The notes: generated by a model not told the origin, from the letters alone. 32,000 bases of DNA from Mesorhizobium sp. INR15 (GCF_015500075.1 NZ_CP045496.1:6012747-6044746), one strand, 5' to 3'. Positions 1 to 7,881 are shown, numbered from the stretch's first letter. Translations and numbers: made by a program.

Positions 1-676
1 AGGCGTCGACGACATAGGTGGTGCCCATCTCGGGCGACACGCTTTTCAATGGAGAAATCAGTGCACCTGCAAGACCGGCGAGGCCCGCGCCATAGGCGAA
101 GGTCATCCGGTAGGCGCGGTCGGAATTGATGCCGAAGCAGGATGCGACACTGCGGTTCTGCGTGATAGCACGCAGCCTCAGGCCGAACGACGTATAGCGA
201 TAGACGAACCAGGTCAGCGCAAACAGAACCAGCGAAAAGCCGAGCACGAACAGCCGGTAGGCGGAGTCTGTCGCGCCGAGAATGTTGACGCTGCTGGACA
301 GTGAAGGGGGCATCTGGACATAGCGCAACTCGCCGCCGGCGGTCAGGCGGACGATCTGCTGGATCATCACGCCGAGGCCCCACGTTGCCAGGATCGTATC
401 CAGTGGCCTGTCGTAGAGGTGCCGGATCACCGCGACCTCGATCAGCCAGCCCAGAATCCCCACGAGAATGAAGATCGGGACAAGGCTGGCGAGCAGGCCC
501 CAGCCGAACTGGGTCTGTAGCAGCCAGGCGCCATAGGCGCCGAGCATGACGAATTCGCCATGCGCGAGATTGATGACGCCCGTCACGCCGTAGATCACCG
601 CGAGGCCAAGGGCCACGAGCAGGAGGATCGACGACAGGCTGAGACCGGTCAGGATCTGGGAGACGACAAAGTCCAT
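1..676 (-). CDS. ABC transporter permease, LivH/UrtB-like (amide/urea or branched-chain amino acid type); N-terminal part only, gene runs off the left edge
   Basis: Absent from the ORF track because it is truncated. My reverse-strand translation from ATG 676..674 gives MDFVVSQILTGLSLSSILLLVALGLAVIYGVTGVINLAHGEFVMLGAYGAW..., the canonical N-terminus of LivH/UrtB-family permeases. It lies directly downstream of the binding-protein gene. Confidence 0.8.
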   Translation of the reverse strand, partial: MDFVVSQILTGLSLSSILLLVALGLAVIYGVTGVINLAHGEFVMLGAYGAWLLQTQFGWGLLASLVPIFILVGILGWLIEVAVIRHLYDRPLDTILATWGLGVMIQQIVRLTAGGELRYVQMPPSLSSSVNILGATDSAYRLFVLGFSLVLFALTWFVYRYTSFGLRLRAITQNRSVASCFGINSDRAYRMTFAYGAGLAGLAGALISPLKSVSPEMGTTYVVDA

Positions 677-695
677 CGAACAATACCGTGAGCTG

Positions 696-725
696 AGCCG
701 GCGGCCGCACATTCGGCCGCCGGCT
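696..725 (-). promoter_or_regulatory. Intercistronic GC-rich stem-loop between the binding-protein and permease genes (mRNA stabiliser or partial terminator)
   Basis: Perfect 12-bp inverted repeat AGCCGGCGGCCG (696-707) / CGGCCGCCGGCT (714-725) with a 6-nt loop. No U-tract follows on the minus strand, so it is not a classical terminator. Its position resembles the stabilising hairpins seen after binding-protein genes in ABC operons. Confidence 0.45.
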
Positions 726-739
726 GTCCTGGGAGGAGA

Positions 740-1987
740 TCAGATCTGTTTCAGACCGTCGGCCGTGCACTTCTGGTCCGGATAGGCGCTGTAGGGATTG
801 GGCTCGAGCCAGTCCTTGGACTGCTTGAGGATCTCGAACTGCCCGTCGGCCTTGCACTGGCCGATCTTCGGCCGCAGCCAGCAGTGGAGGTTCTCCGGCT
901 CGACTTTGATCAGGCCTTGCGGGGCCTTGTACTGTTCGCCCTTGACCGCTTCGCGGATGGTCAGCGGACCGATGTCGCTGGCAGCGAGCTTGGCGACAGC
1001 CTGGGAGAACAGATGGACCTGGAAGTAAGCCGACTCCGAGACGAAGTGGGTGACCTTGTCGGCGCCCCAACGCTTCCTGTAGGCCTCGACGAACTTCTTG
1101 TTTTCCGGCGAGTCGAAGACCATGAAGTAAGGCGCGGAGGTGAAATGCCCGGCCGCGGCATCGCCGCCCATCGCCGCCACTTCGTTTTCCGAGGTGGTCA
1201 AGCTCGCCATCGGCATGGTCGCCGGATCGAGACCCGCTGCGCGATATTGCCGATGCAGCGCGACGACCGAGTCCCCGACCACGGTGGAAAAGATCACGTT
1301 CGGCTTTTCAGAGCGGAACTTGTTGATGACCGATGAGAACTCGGAATGGCCGAGCGGCACATACTCCTCGGCGATCACCTCGGCGCCCAGTCCCGCAAGC
1401 AGCTTCTTGCAGTAGTTGTTCTCTTCCTTCGGGTAGATGTAGTTGGAGCCGATCAGGTACCAGCGCTTGCCGAATTTCTCGACCAGCCAGGGCACGAAGT
1501 CGTCCTGCTGCTGGTTGGGCACGGCGCCGGTATAAATGACGTTCTTGGAGCATTCGCGGCCTTCATAGAGTGTCGGGTACCAGAAGAGGTTCTTTTGCTT
1601 CTCGAACACCGGCAGCACGGCCTTGCGGCTGGCGGACGTGTAGGAGCCGAACACCGATACGCATTTGTCGCTCAGCACCAGTTTGCGCGCCTTCTCGGCA
1701 AAGGTCGCGGGATCGGAAGCCGGGTCCTCGATCACCGGCGTGATCTTCATGCCATTGATGCCGCCGGCCGCGTTGATCTCCTCGATCGCCATGATCGTCG
1801 CCTTGTTCAGCGACTCCTCGATGATCGCCGTCGTGCCCGTCAGGGAGAAGAGCACGCCAACCTTGATCTCGCCGTCCTGCGCGTAGGCCAGCGAGCCGTT
1901 TTTCGACCAGATATGCGGAAAGCCCGCCAGTGTAAGAGCACCGGCCGCGGCACCTGCCTTAAGGAAAGTACGTCTGTTATTGTTCAC
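740..1987 (-). CDS. Periplasmic amide/urea ABC transporter substrate-binding protein (FmdD/UrtA-like, AmiC-family type I binding fold)
   Basis: ORF track 415 aa. GTG start at 1987..1985 is preceded by GGAGA (1998..1994). Twin-arginine signal MNNNRRTFLKAGAAAGALTLAG. The mature part (IKVGVLFSLTGTTAIIEESL, FGSYTSASRKAVLPVFEK, WYPTLYEGRECSKNVIYTGAVPNQQ, IGSNYIYPKEEN) is colinear with AmiC/UrtA-type binding proteins. Confidence 0.85.
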   Translation of the reverse strand: MNNNRRTFLKAGAAAGALTLAGFPHIWSKNGSLAYAQDGEIKVGVLFSLTGTTAIIEESLNKATIMAIEEINAAGGINGMKITPVIEDPASDPATFAEKARKLVLSDKCVSVFGSYTSASRKAVLPVFEKQKNLFWYPTLYEGRECSKNVIYTGAVPNQQQDDFVPWLVEKFGKRWYLIGSNYIYPKEENNYCKKLLAGLGAEVIAEEYVPLGHSEFSSVINKFRSEKPNVIFSTVVGDSVVALHRQYRAAGLDPATMPMASLTTSENEVAAMGGDAAAGHFTSAPYFMVFDSPENKKFVEAYRKRWGADKVTHFVSESAYFQVHLFSQAVAKLAASDIGPLTIREAVKGEQYKAPQGLIKVEPENLHCWLRPKIGQCKADGQFEILKQSKDWLEPNPYSAYPDQKCTADGLKQI

Positions 1988-2000
1988 CCTCTATCTCCAC

Positions 2001-2055
2001 AAAAAACAAAGGCCCCGAACCGCTCTGCCCGGGATGGGCAGTTCGTTTCGGGGCC
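2001..2055 (-). terminator. Intrinsic terminator/attenuator in the leader immediately 5' of the binding-protein gene
   Basis: Minus-strand RNA GGCCCCGAA-ACGAA-CUGCCC-AUCCC-GGGCAG-AGCGG-UUCGGGGCC followed by UUUGUUUUUU. The outer 9-bp arms are 2055..2047 and 2019..2011; the U-tract is 2010..2001. The U-tract ends about 14 nt before the GTG start. Confidence 0.6.
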
Positions 2056-2111
2056 TCTTCGCCTCTGGATTTATACGCGGCAGCCTAGCCGCAAATGCGT
2101 TCTGAAGTGCG

Positions 2112-2155
2112 CAAACAAAAAACCCCGCGCTCCGTCTTCAGACGGATCCGCAGGG
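2112..2155 (-). terminator. Intrinsic terminator downstream of amiR
   Basis: Minus-strand RNA CCCUGCG-GA-UCCGUC-UGAA-GACGGA-G-CGCGGGG followed by UUUUUUGUUUG. That is 7 + 6 bp with a small internal loop and a U6 tract, about 50 nt after the amiR stop (2207..2205). Confidence 0.65.
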
Positions 2156-2204
2156 TGTTGTTACCCACTATCTACACGGCGTCTTTGCCGCGACAGTCAA
2201 AACG

Positions 2205-2930
2205 TTAACTAAGAAGTTCGTGCGAGTCAATGATGGCCGAAGCCACTTGTCCGATCGTCACGCGCTTTTCCATCGCCTGCTTGCGAAGGAAGTTATAGGC
2301 CTCTTCCTCGCTCAGATTCTTGAGCTGGATAAGCAGCACTTTCGCGCGCTCGACAAGGCGCGTCGTGCGCAGGTTCTCATCAAGTTTCTCGATGCGCCCA
2401 CGCAGACGCCGCTCATACTGGAAATGCTCCCGCGCCAGCATCAGCACCGCCTGGATCATGCGCGACGTCGCGGGATAATGCAGCAGCCCATGGCCGGCGC
2501 AATTGTGGATCAGCTTCAGGTTCAGCGGATCCTTGCCATCGTCCACGAGGATCAGCGCGGAAGACGGCTCTCCCGGCACCCAGGGAATGCGCTGCGGCAG
2601 GTCGTTCGAAAGCGCGACGAAAATCGCGTCATACTGCAACGGAATCTGCGACGGCGCCGGCCAGATATGGCGGACATTGGCGCGCATGCGCTGGAGCTCG
2701 CGGATCAGGAACTCACCATTGTCGTCACGCTCGACGATAACAGCGACATTCAGCTCCTGCGGGCGGTCCGACTGCCGGGGCGGCCGCTCCGCCGAAGGCG
2801 CGCGCATATCCTGTCGTTGCGGGGGCGAGCCCGCCCAGCGGTCGTGTCCATAGTCGGCTCTCACCGGCGCCTCCCTTTGCTGCGGCTCCGCCACTTTACG
2901 CGCATTCCGCAAGCTCGAACCGACGGCCAT
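2205..2930 (-). CDS. amiR: AmiR-type ANTAR RNA-binding antiterminator (pseudo-receiver + ANTAR domain)
   Basis: ORF track 241 aa. C-terminal ANTAR helix bundle RLVERAKVLLIQLKNLSEEEAYNFLRKQAMEKRVTIGQVASAIIDSHELL follows a receiver-like domain, the same architecture as P. aeruginosa AmiR, and the gene sits directly after amiC. Start is uncertain: ATG 2930 (35-nt overlap with amiC), GTG 2864 preceded by AGGGAGG (2876..2870), or ATG 2807. Confidence 0.85.
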   Translation of the reverse strand: MAVGSSLRNARKVAEPQQREAPVRADYGHDRWAGSPPQRQDMRAPSAERPPRQSDRPQELNVAVIVERDDNGEFLIRELQRMRANVRHIWPAPSQIPLQYDAIFVALSNDLPQRIPWVPGEPSSALILVDDGKDPLNLKLIHNCAGHGLLHYPATSRMIQAVLMLAREHFQYERRLRGRIEKLDENLRTTRLVERAKVLLIQLKNLSEEEAYNFLRKQAMEKRVTIGQVASAIIDSHELLS

Positions 2931-4056
2931 AGCCTATCAAATAGGGGTCGGACCGCACGCTGGTCGGGGACTGGAACACGATATCAAACTGCCCTTGCCG
3001 ATTGGCGCGGCCAATACGGGTCCACACGTCGGCATGTCCCCAGACGGGGTTGATGGAAACACAGCCCTGCGGTGCCTCGAATTCCGTGCCCATCACCGAA
3101 TTGCGCAGTTGGCGCGTCTCCAGCGAATTTGTCTGCTCGAGCGTGCGGGCGAAAAGATTGACCTGAAAGTAGGACGCTTCCAGGCACATGTTGGTCGGCT
3201 CGTCGTCGCCATAGAGCTTGTGATAATGCGTGACGAAATCATTGTTTGTCTCGGTCTCGATGCCCTGGAAATACGAGGCGGCGGTGAAATGCCCCTCACC
3301 GACATCATGCCCCATGGCCCTGATCTCGGCTTCCGTGGTGGTCAGGCTGGCGATCGGCACGACCTTCGGATTGAGGCCCATGTCGTGATAGGCCTGATAG
3401 AGGAAGGTGGTCGATTCACCGACGACAGTGGAGAAAATCACGTCCGGTTGCGCCCGCTTGATATCGCGCAGCAATGGTATGAATTCACTGCGGTCGGCTT
3501 CCAGTCTCAGATAGCGCTCGCCGACAATCGAACCGCCATTGTTGCGCACCATTTCACGCATGACGCGGTTTGACTCGCGCGGGTAGATGTAATCCGACCC
3601 GATAAAGAAAAAGCGCTTTCCGAACTGCTCCATGAGGACGCGGCAGAGCTGAACCGAGTTCTGGTTGGGCGTTGCCCCGGTGTAGATCACATTGGGGGAA
3701 AACTCGAAGCCCTCGTAGAGGGTCGGATACCACAGCAACCCGTCCAGCCGCTCAACGACCGGCAGAACCGCCCTGCGGCTCGAAGACGTGTAGCAGCCAA
3801 AGATGGTGCTGACGCCATCTTCGACCATCAAGCGCTTGGCATACTGGCCGTAAGAGCGCACGTCGGAACCGGGATTGTAGATCACCGGCTCGATGGGGCG
3901 TCCGTGGACACCACCGCGTTCGTTAATCTGATCGATAGCGATCAGGGTTCCGCGCAACTGTGTTTCCTCGATGACGGACATGAAGCCCGTGCGCGAGAAC
4001 AACACGCCGACACGCCACGGCTCGGAGGTCTGTTTTCGTCCTGTATCTGCTCCCAT
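2896..4056 (-). CDS. amiC: AmiC-type cytoplasmic amide sensor / negative regulator of AmiR
   Basis: ORF track 386 aa with no signal peptide. It is colinear with P. aeruginosa AmiC as I recall it (VGVLFSRTG, GCYTSSSRRAVLPVVERLDGLLWYPTLYEGFEFSPNVIYTGATPNQNS, FIGSDYIYPRESNRVMREM, PIASLTTTEAE). It is a paralogue of the periplasmic binding protein at 740-1987. Confidence 0.85.
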   Translation of the reverse strand: MGADTGRKQTSEPWRVGVLFSRTGFMSVIEETQLRGTLIAIDQINERGGVHGRPIEPVIYNPGSDVRSYGQYAKRLMVEDGVSTIFGCYTSSSRRAVLPVVERLDGLLWYPTLYEGFEFSPNVIYTGATPNQNSVQLCRVLMEQFGKRFFFIGSDYIYPRESNRVMREMVRNNGGSIVGERYLRLEADRSEFIPLLRDIKRAQPDVIFSTVVGESTTFLYQAYHDMGLNPKVVPIASLTTTEAEIRAMGHDVGEGHFTAASYFQGIETETNNDFVTHYHKLYGDDEPTNMCLEASYFQVNLFARTLEQTNSLETRQLRNSVMGTEFEAPQGCVSINPVWGHADVWTRIGRANRQGQFDIVFQSPTSVRSDPYLIGYGRRFELAECA

Positions 4057-4164
4057 TGTCCCTTTTTTCCTTATGCACGCCCCTCAGCGCGCTGGGTCCC
4101 AAGCAACGGAACTCATAATTTTTTCTTTTTGCCGAGTCCGGAATGAAACCTCTTATGATTGCCC

Positions 4165-4214
4165 CAAAACAAAAAAGCCCCCGCAGCCGGCTTGTTACCG
4201 GATACTGGAGGCTT
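4165..4214 (-). terminator. Terminator-like hairpin with U-tract inside the amiC 5' leader (candidate attenuator)
   Basis: Minus-strand RNA AAGCCUCCAG-UAU-CCGG-UAACAAG-CCGG-CUG-CG-GGGGCUU (4214..4175) followed by UUUUUUGUUUUGGGG (4176..4162). It lies about 105 nt upstream of the amiC ATG. No minus-strand gene lies upstream for it to terminate. Confidence 0.4.
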
Positions 4215-4273
4215 CATCGCCGCGAAATTTCAAATGGCACCCTTGCCACCGCCCATATGCATGGACAAGCACA

Positions 4274-4302
4274 CCGTAGAACCCCTGAGTTCAACTTGTC
4301 AA
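4274..4302 (-). promoter_or_regulatory. Candidate sigma-70-type promoter for amiC-amiR
   Basis: Perfect TTGACA (4302..4297), a 17-nt spacer, then CTACGG (4279..4274), which matches only the CTA of the rhizobial CTATAT -10. This would give a ~210-nt leader containing the hairpin at 4165-4214. Confidence 0.3.
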
Positions 4303-4465
4303 TTAGTTAGCTTGTTAAACAGGATGCACGACATGCCGTGCGGTGGACGCGGTCATTCTCCAGAGAGGCCGTCAAGCAGGCGCCTTTTGGCCGCGCAGCC
4401 GACGAATTCCTCAGCCAAACTCCCGACTCAATCAGCGAAACGACCGCCAGATGAGGGAATCGATC

Positions 4466-5641
4466 ATGGTCTCGACCCGACGTTCATTGCTCAAGATGGG
4501 AGTGGCCGGGCTGCTCATCCCCCAGGGAACCTTTGCCATGGCTGAAGACAGGCAAAGCCCGGCGTTCGAAGCCTGGCGCCGCCAATTCGAAGCGGGTGTC
4601 CCGGCGCGCATGGCGGCCGCCAAGGTTTCGGGAACCGCCATCGGGATAACCGCCAAGGACGGGTCGACACGCTATTCGGCCGCGTTTGGTTTTGCTGATA
4701 TCCAACAGCAGCGAAAATTCACCGCTGATACCCCCACGCATCTGGCATCGGTCAGCAAGCTGTTCACCGCTTCAGCCCTGGTCCAGCTGTTTGAGCGCAA
4801 GGGCCTCGACCTGCATCAGGACGTCAACAAGTTCATCGATTTTGCCGTCACAAACCCTCACCATCCGAAGCTGTCAATCACGCCGCATCACCTGATCACG
4901 CACACATCCAGCATCTCGGATGATGGCTATGGGGATTACTCCGTCGAGGGCGATCCGACGCAAAGCCTGTCCAGTTTCCTTCGGGACTATCTTGTGAAAG
5001 GCGGTAAGACCTATTCGCCAAAGACGTCATTCTTCAAGGCAAAGCCCGGCAAGAAATGGTCCTATTCGAATGTCGCCGTCGCCCTGGCCGGCTATGTCGT
5101 CGAGAGCGTCAGCAAGCAGGATTTTTCATCCTACGTGGAGGCCAACATCTTCAAGCCGCTCGGCATTCAAAACGCGCATTGGTATTTGCGGCAATTCGCA
5201 CCCAACTTGATTTCCAAGCCTTACAAGTTTGAGAAGGGTGCGTTCGTCGAACTGCCGCAGGAAGGATATCCTGATGTCCCTGCAGGCATGCTGCGCTGTT
5301 CGGTCAACGACCTGGGCAAGATGCTGCGTGCGATGCTCGGCGGAGAGACCGGCCCGCGCGCGATTTTGTCACCGGCCGCCGTCGCCGCGATGCTGCGCGA
5401 CCAGGTCGATCCGGCAATCGTGCCCTATCAGGGGTTGGGCTGGATTTCGGAGGACATCGGCGCAACACCATTCGTGGGCCATTCCGGCAGCGATATCGGC
5501 GCTTCCAACATGGTGATCCTGACGAAAGATCAGAGCCATGCCGTCGCCGTGCTGATGAATATCGACGGAACGAAAAAGACCGACAAGTTCAGGAGCTCAA
5601 TGATTGAAGACCTGCTCGCCGGGGCGAAGCTCGCGGGATGA
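4466..5641 (+). CDS. Exported serine hydrolase of the beta-lactamase/transpeptidase-like fold (class C beta-lactamase / family VIII esterase / D-aminopeptidase type)
   Basis: ORF track 4343..5641. I trimmed it to ATG 4466 (GAGGGA 7-12 nt upstream), which exposes the signal peptide MVSTRRSLLKMGVAGLLIPQGTFAMA. Catalytic motifs present: S-x-x-K (SVSK), Y-S-N (WSYSNV), H-S-G (VGHSGSD). Confidence 0.8.
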   Translation: MVSTRRSLLKMGVAGLLIPQGTFAMAEDRQSPAFEAWRRQFEAGVPARMAAAKVSGTAIGITAKDGSTRYSAAFGFADIQQQRKFTADTPTHLASVSKLFTASALVQLFERKGLDLHQDVNKFIDFAVTNPHHPKLSITPHHLITHTSSISDDGYGDYSVEGDPTQSLSSFLRDYLVKGGKTYSPKTSFFKAKPGKKWSYSNVAVALAGYVVESVSKQDFSSYVEANIFKPLGIQNAHWYLRQFAPNLISKPYKFEKGAFVELPQEGYPDVPAGMLRCSVNDLGKMLRAMLGGETGPRAILSPAAVAAMLRDQVDPAIVPYQGLGWISEDIGATPFVGHSGSDIGASNMVILTKDQSHAVAVLMNIDGTKKTDKFRSSMIEDLLAGAKLAG

Positions 5642-5686
5642 CAAGTACCGGGGATGGCAAGCCGGAAAGAAAGGGTGGCGCCAGTG

Positions 5687-6871
5687 TCATGGCGCGGCCT
5701 GCTCGATCTTGGGCAAGGCACGCGCCACAAGGTCGGTCCAGTAGCGCAGGACGATCGGGACGATCTCGTCGTTGAAGACGTATCTGTCGCCATGAAGGCC
5801 CTCGCCCGGCCCAACTTCGCCGGCTCCAATCCATGCATATGAGCCGCTGGTGGCCCTGACCATGTAGGCAAAGTCCTCACAGCCGAGACTCGGACTGAAG
5901 TCGGCGAGCGCGTTCTCGGCGCCAACGACGCCGGCGGCGGCGGCTATCGCGGTCGCAACGGCCTCGGCGGTGTTGATGACGGGCGGATAGCCGCGCTTGT
6001 AGTCGAGACGGGCTGTGACGCCGTGCGACGCGGCGACCCCTTGAGCGATCTCGCCCAGAAGCTTCTCGCAATGATCCGAGAGTTCCGCATCGAAGAAGCG
6101 GCAGGTGCCCTGTATCCAGATTTCCTTGGGCACGATGTTGCCAACATTGCCGCCATGCACCTGGGTCAAGCTGACCACGAGTGGCGTCTGCGGATCAACC
6201 GAGCGACTGACGATACGCTGGACGGCGGTGATAAAGGCGCCGGCGGCCAGGATGGGATCATCGCCAAGATGCGGCATCGCGACATGGGCTCCCAGGCCGG
6301 AGAACCGCAATTCGAAATTGTCGACCGCCGCCATCTGAGGGCCGACGCGCGTCGCGATCGTGCCGAATTTAAGCCCCGGCCAGTTGTGGACGGCATACAT
6401 CGCCTCGACCGGGAACCGGTCGAACACGCCGTCCTCGATCATGCGCATGCTGCCGCCCTCGTTCTCCTCGGCCGGCTGGAAGACGAAGTAGACTGTCCCG
6501 TCGAAGGCCGGCGCCTGGCTCAGCAGCTTGGCCGCGCCGAGCAGCATCGCGGTGTGGCCGTCATGGCCGCACGCATGCATCACGCCCTCCCGTTTTGAAG
6601 CGTAGGAAAGACCGGTGCGCTCGAGGACAGGCAACGCATCCAGTTCCGCGCGCAGGCCGATGGCGCGACCGCCGGTGCCGCTTTTCAGAACGCCGACAAC
6701 GCCCGTGCCGCCGATGTCCTCATGGACCTCGAGCCCGAAGCCGCGCAATTGCGCGGCCACGAAACGTGCCGTCTCCTTCTCCTGGAAGCCAAGTTCCGGA
6801 TTGGCGTGGATCTTGTGGCGCCAGCCAATCACCTGTGGTGTTACGGCCGTGATCGGGTCATTGTACAGCAT
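5687..6871 (-). CDS. M20D-family amidohydrolase (hippurate hydrolase / N-acyl-L-amino acid amidohydrolase type)
   Basis: ORF track 394 aa. Motifs: WRHKIHANPELGFQEKETARFVAAQLRGFGLEVH, MHACGHDGH, FQPAEENEGG. GAGGA Shine-Dalgarno lies just upstream of ATG 6871. Confidence 0.85.
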   Translation of the reverse strand: MLYNDPITAVTPQVIGWRHKIHANPELGFQEKETARFVAAQLRGFGLEVHEDIGGTGVVGVLKSGTGGRAIGLRAELDALPVLERTGLSYASKREGVMHACGHDGHTAMLLGAAKLLSQAPAFDGTVYFVFQPAEENEGGSMRMIEDGVFDRFPVEAMYAVHNWPGLKFGTIATRVGPQMAAVDNFELRFSGLGAHVAMPHLGDDPILAAGAFITAVQRIVSRSVDPQTPLVVSLTQVHGGNVGNIVPKEIWIQGTCRFFDAELSDHCEKLLGEIAQGVAASHGVTARLDYKRGYPPVINTAEAVATAIAAAAGVVGAENALADFSPSLGCEDFAYMVRATSGSYAWIGAGEVGPGEGLHGDRYVFNDEIVPIVLRYWTDLVARALPKIEQAAP

Positions 6872-6886
6872 GGCTATTCCTCGTCC

Positions 6887-6950
6887 GTGCGATCATCTTG
6901 TCGTCACATGTGCGATCATTTTGTCGTCACATGTGCGATCATCTTGTCTT
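6887..6950. repeat. 2.8 tandem copies of a 23-nt unit GTGCGATCAT(C/T)TTGTCGTCACAT in the divergent M20 / AraC intergenic region
   Basis: Copy 1 is 6887-6909. Copy 2 is 6910-6932, with one C>T change. Copy 3 is 6933-~6950, truncated and diverging. Each unit junction creates the 8-bp palindrome CACATGTG (6905-6912 and 6928-6935), 23 bp apart. The repeat starts 16 nt from the M20 start codon. Confidence 0.9.
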
Positions 6951-7008
6951 CCGAGGAACTTTTAGCGCGATGGCGCGGCAAGGGTCTTGAACAGGATTGA
7001 CCGGCCCG

Positions 7009-7869
7009 ATGATCAAGAACCTGCAGGAAAAGAAGGAATTCTGGCGTCACCCGCGCTTCCCTGACCTTGGTCTTCTCAAGGCCAGGTTCACCAGCCATCG
7101 CTACGACCGACATACGCACCCAACCTATGTTATCGCACTGATTACAGCCGGGGCCGAGCGTGTGAGGATCGGACGAGAATCGGTCGTGGCGCCGGCCGGC
7201 TCGCTGATCGTCGTCAACCCCGAGGAGTGGCACGATGGCGAGGCTGGCGGCGATGACGGCTGGTCCTATCGCACCTTTTACCCTCGGGTCGAATTCATGG
7301 CTGGCGTGGCGGCGGAGTTCGGGATCACTGATGCCCCGGTGTTCCGGCGCGGCCCGATAAATGATCCAAAGCTGGCGCAAGCAATGGCCCTCGCCCACCA
7401 ATCGTCCGAGACGGATGATGTTCCGGCCGCCGAGGAAGCCATGCTTGTCGCGTTGCGTCATATGATGTTGCGGCATGCTGGCCACAGGCAGAGGCCGGAG
7501 ACAATCGAGCGTTCGGGTTCTCGCCGCCGATTAACTGCCTACGAAGATTATATCGAGGACAATCTGTGCTCGGAACTCGATCTCCAGCATCTCGGCAGGA
7601 CGGCAGGCGTCACCCGTTTCCAGGTCATTCGCGACTTCAACAAGGTTCTGGGGATCACGCCGGCCGCGTTCATACGGGACAGGAGATTGAGGCGCGCGAA
7701 CAGGCTCATCGAGACTGGATCAAGCCTGGCCGACGCCGCCATCGAGGCCGGCTTCGCGGACCAGAGCCATCTTTCACGGGTGTTTCGTGCAGCGCACGGA
7801 TTCACGCCCGGCATGCTGAAAAGAGCGGGAGGCTCGCTTGATGACCCGTTCGTGCCAGGAAATCGATAG
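7009..7869 (+). CDS. AraC-family transcriptional regulator (N-terminal cupin-like effector domain + C-terminal double HTH)
   Basis: ORF track 6997..7869 has a TTG start; ATG 7009 with AGGA 12 nt upstream is more likely. C-terminus LQHLGRTAGVTRFQVIRDFNKVLGITPAAFIRDRRLRRANRLIETGSSLADAAIEAGFADQSHLSRVFRAAHGFTPGMLKR is a typical AraC/XylS HTH pair. Confidence 0.85.
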   Translation: MIKNLQEKKEFWRHPRFPDLGLLKARFTSHRYDRHTHPTYVIALITAGAERVRIGRESVVAPAGSLIVVNPEEWHDGEAGGDDGWSYRTFYPRVEFMAGVAAEFGITDAPVFRRGPINDPKLAQAMALAHQSSETDDVPAAEEAMLVALRHMMLRHAGHRQRPETIERSGSRRRLTAYEDYIEDNLCSELDLQHLGRTAGVTRFQVIRDFNKVLGITPAAFIRDRRLRRANRLIETGSSLADAAIEAGFADQSHLSRVFRAAHGFTPGMLKRAGGSLDDPFVPGNR

Positions 7870-7881
7870 ATCAGAGAAATC

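Noticed and set aside
2070-2098. Promoter for the binding-protein operon between the two terminators
   Set aside because: A good TATAAA -10 exists (2075..2070, minus strand) but no acceptable -35 lies at 16-18 nt; TTGCGG is only 13 nt away. It is mentioned in the finding but not reported as a feature.
1988-2204. Canonical ANTAR dual-hairpin motif (two short stems with hexaloops carrying A1/G4)
   Set aside because: I could not identify it convincingly by eye. The small loops I found (UGAA, AUCCC) do not fit, so only the terminators themselves are reported.
4235-4250. Sigma-54-like TGGCAC...GCC element upstream of amiC
   Set aside because: The GG to GC spacing is 7 nt rather than the required 10 nt, and the TTGC -12 element is missing.
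6887-6950. Possible CRISPR array
   Set aside because: The 23-nt units are directly adjacent with no spacers, there are only 2.8 copies, and no cas genes are present. It is a simple tandem repeat.
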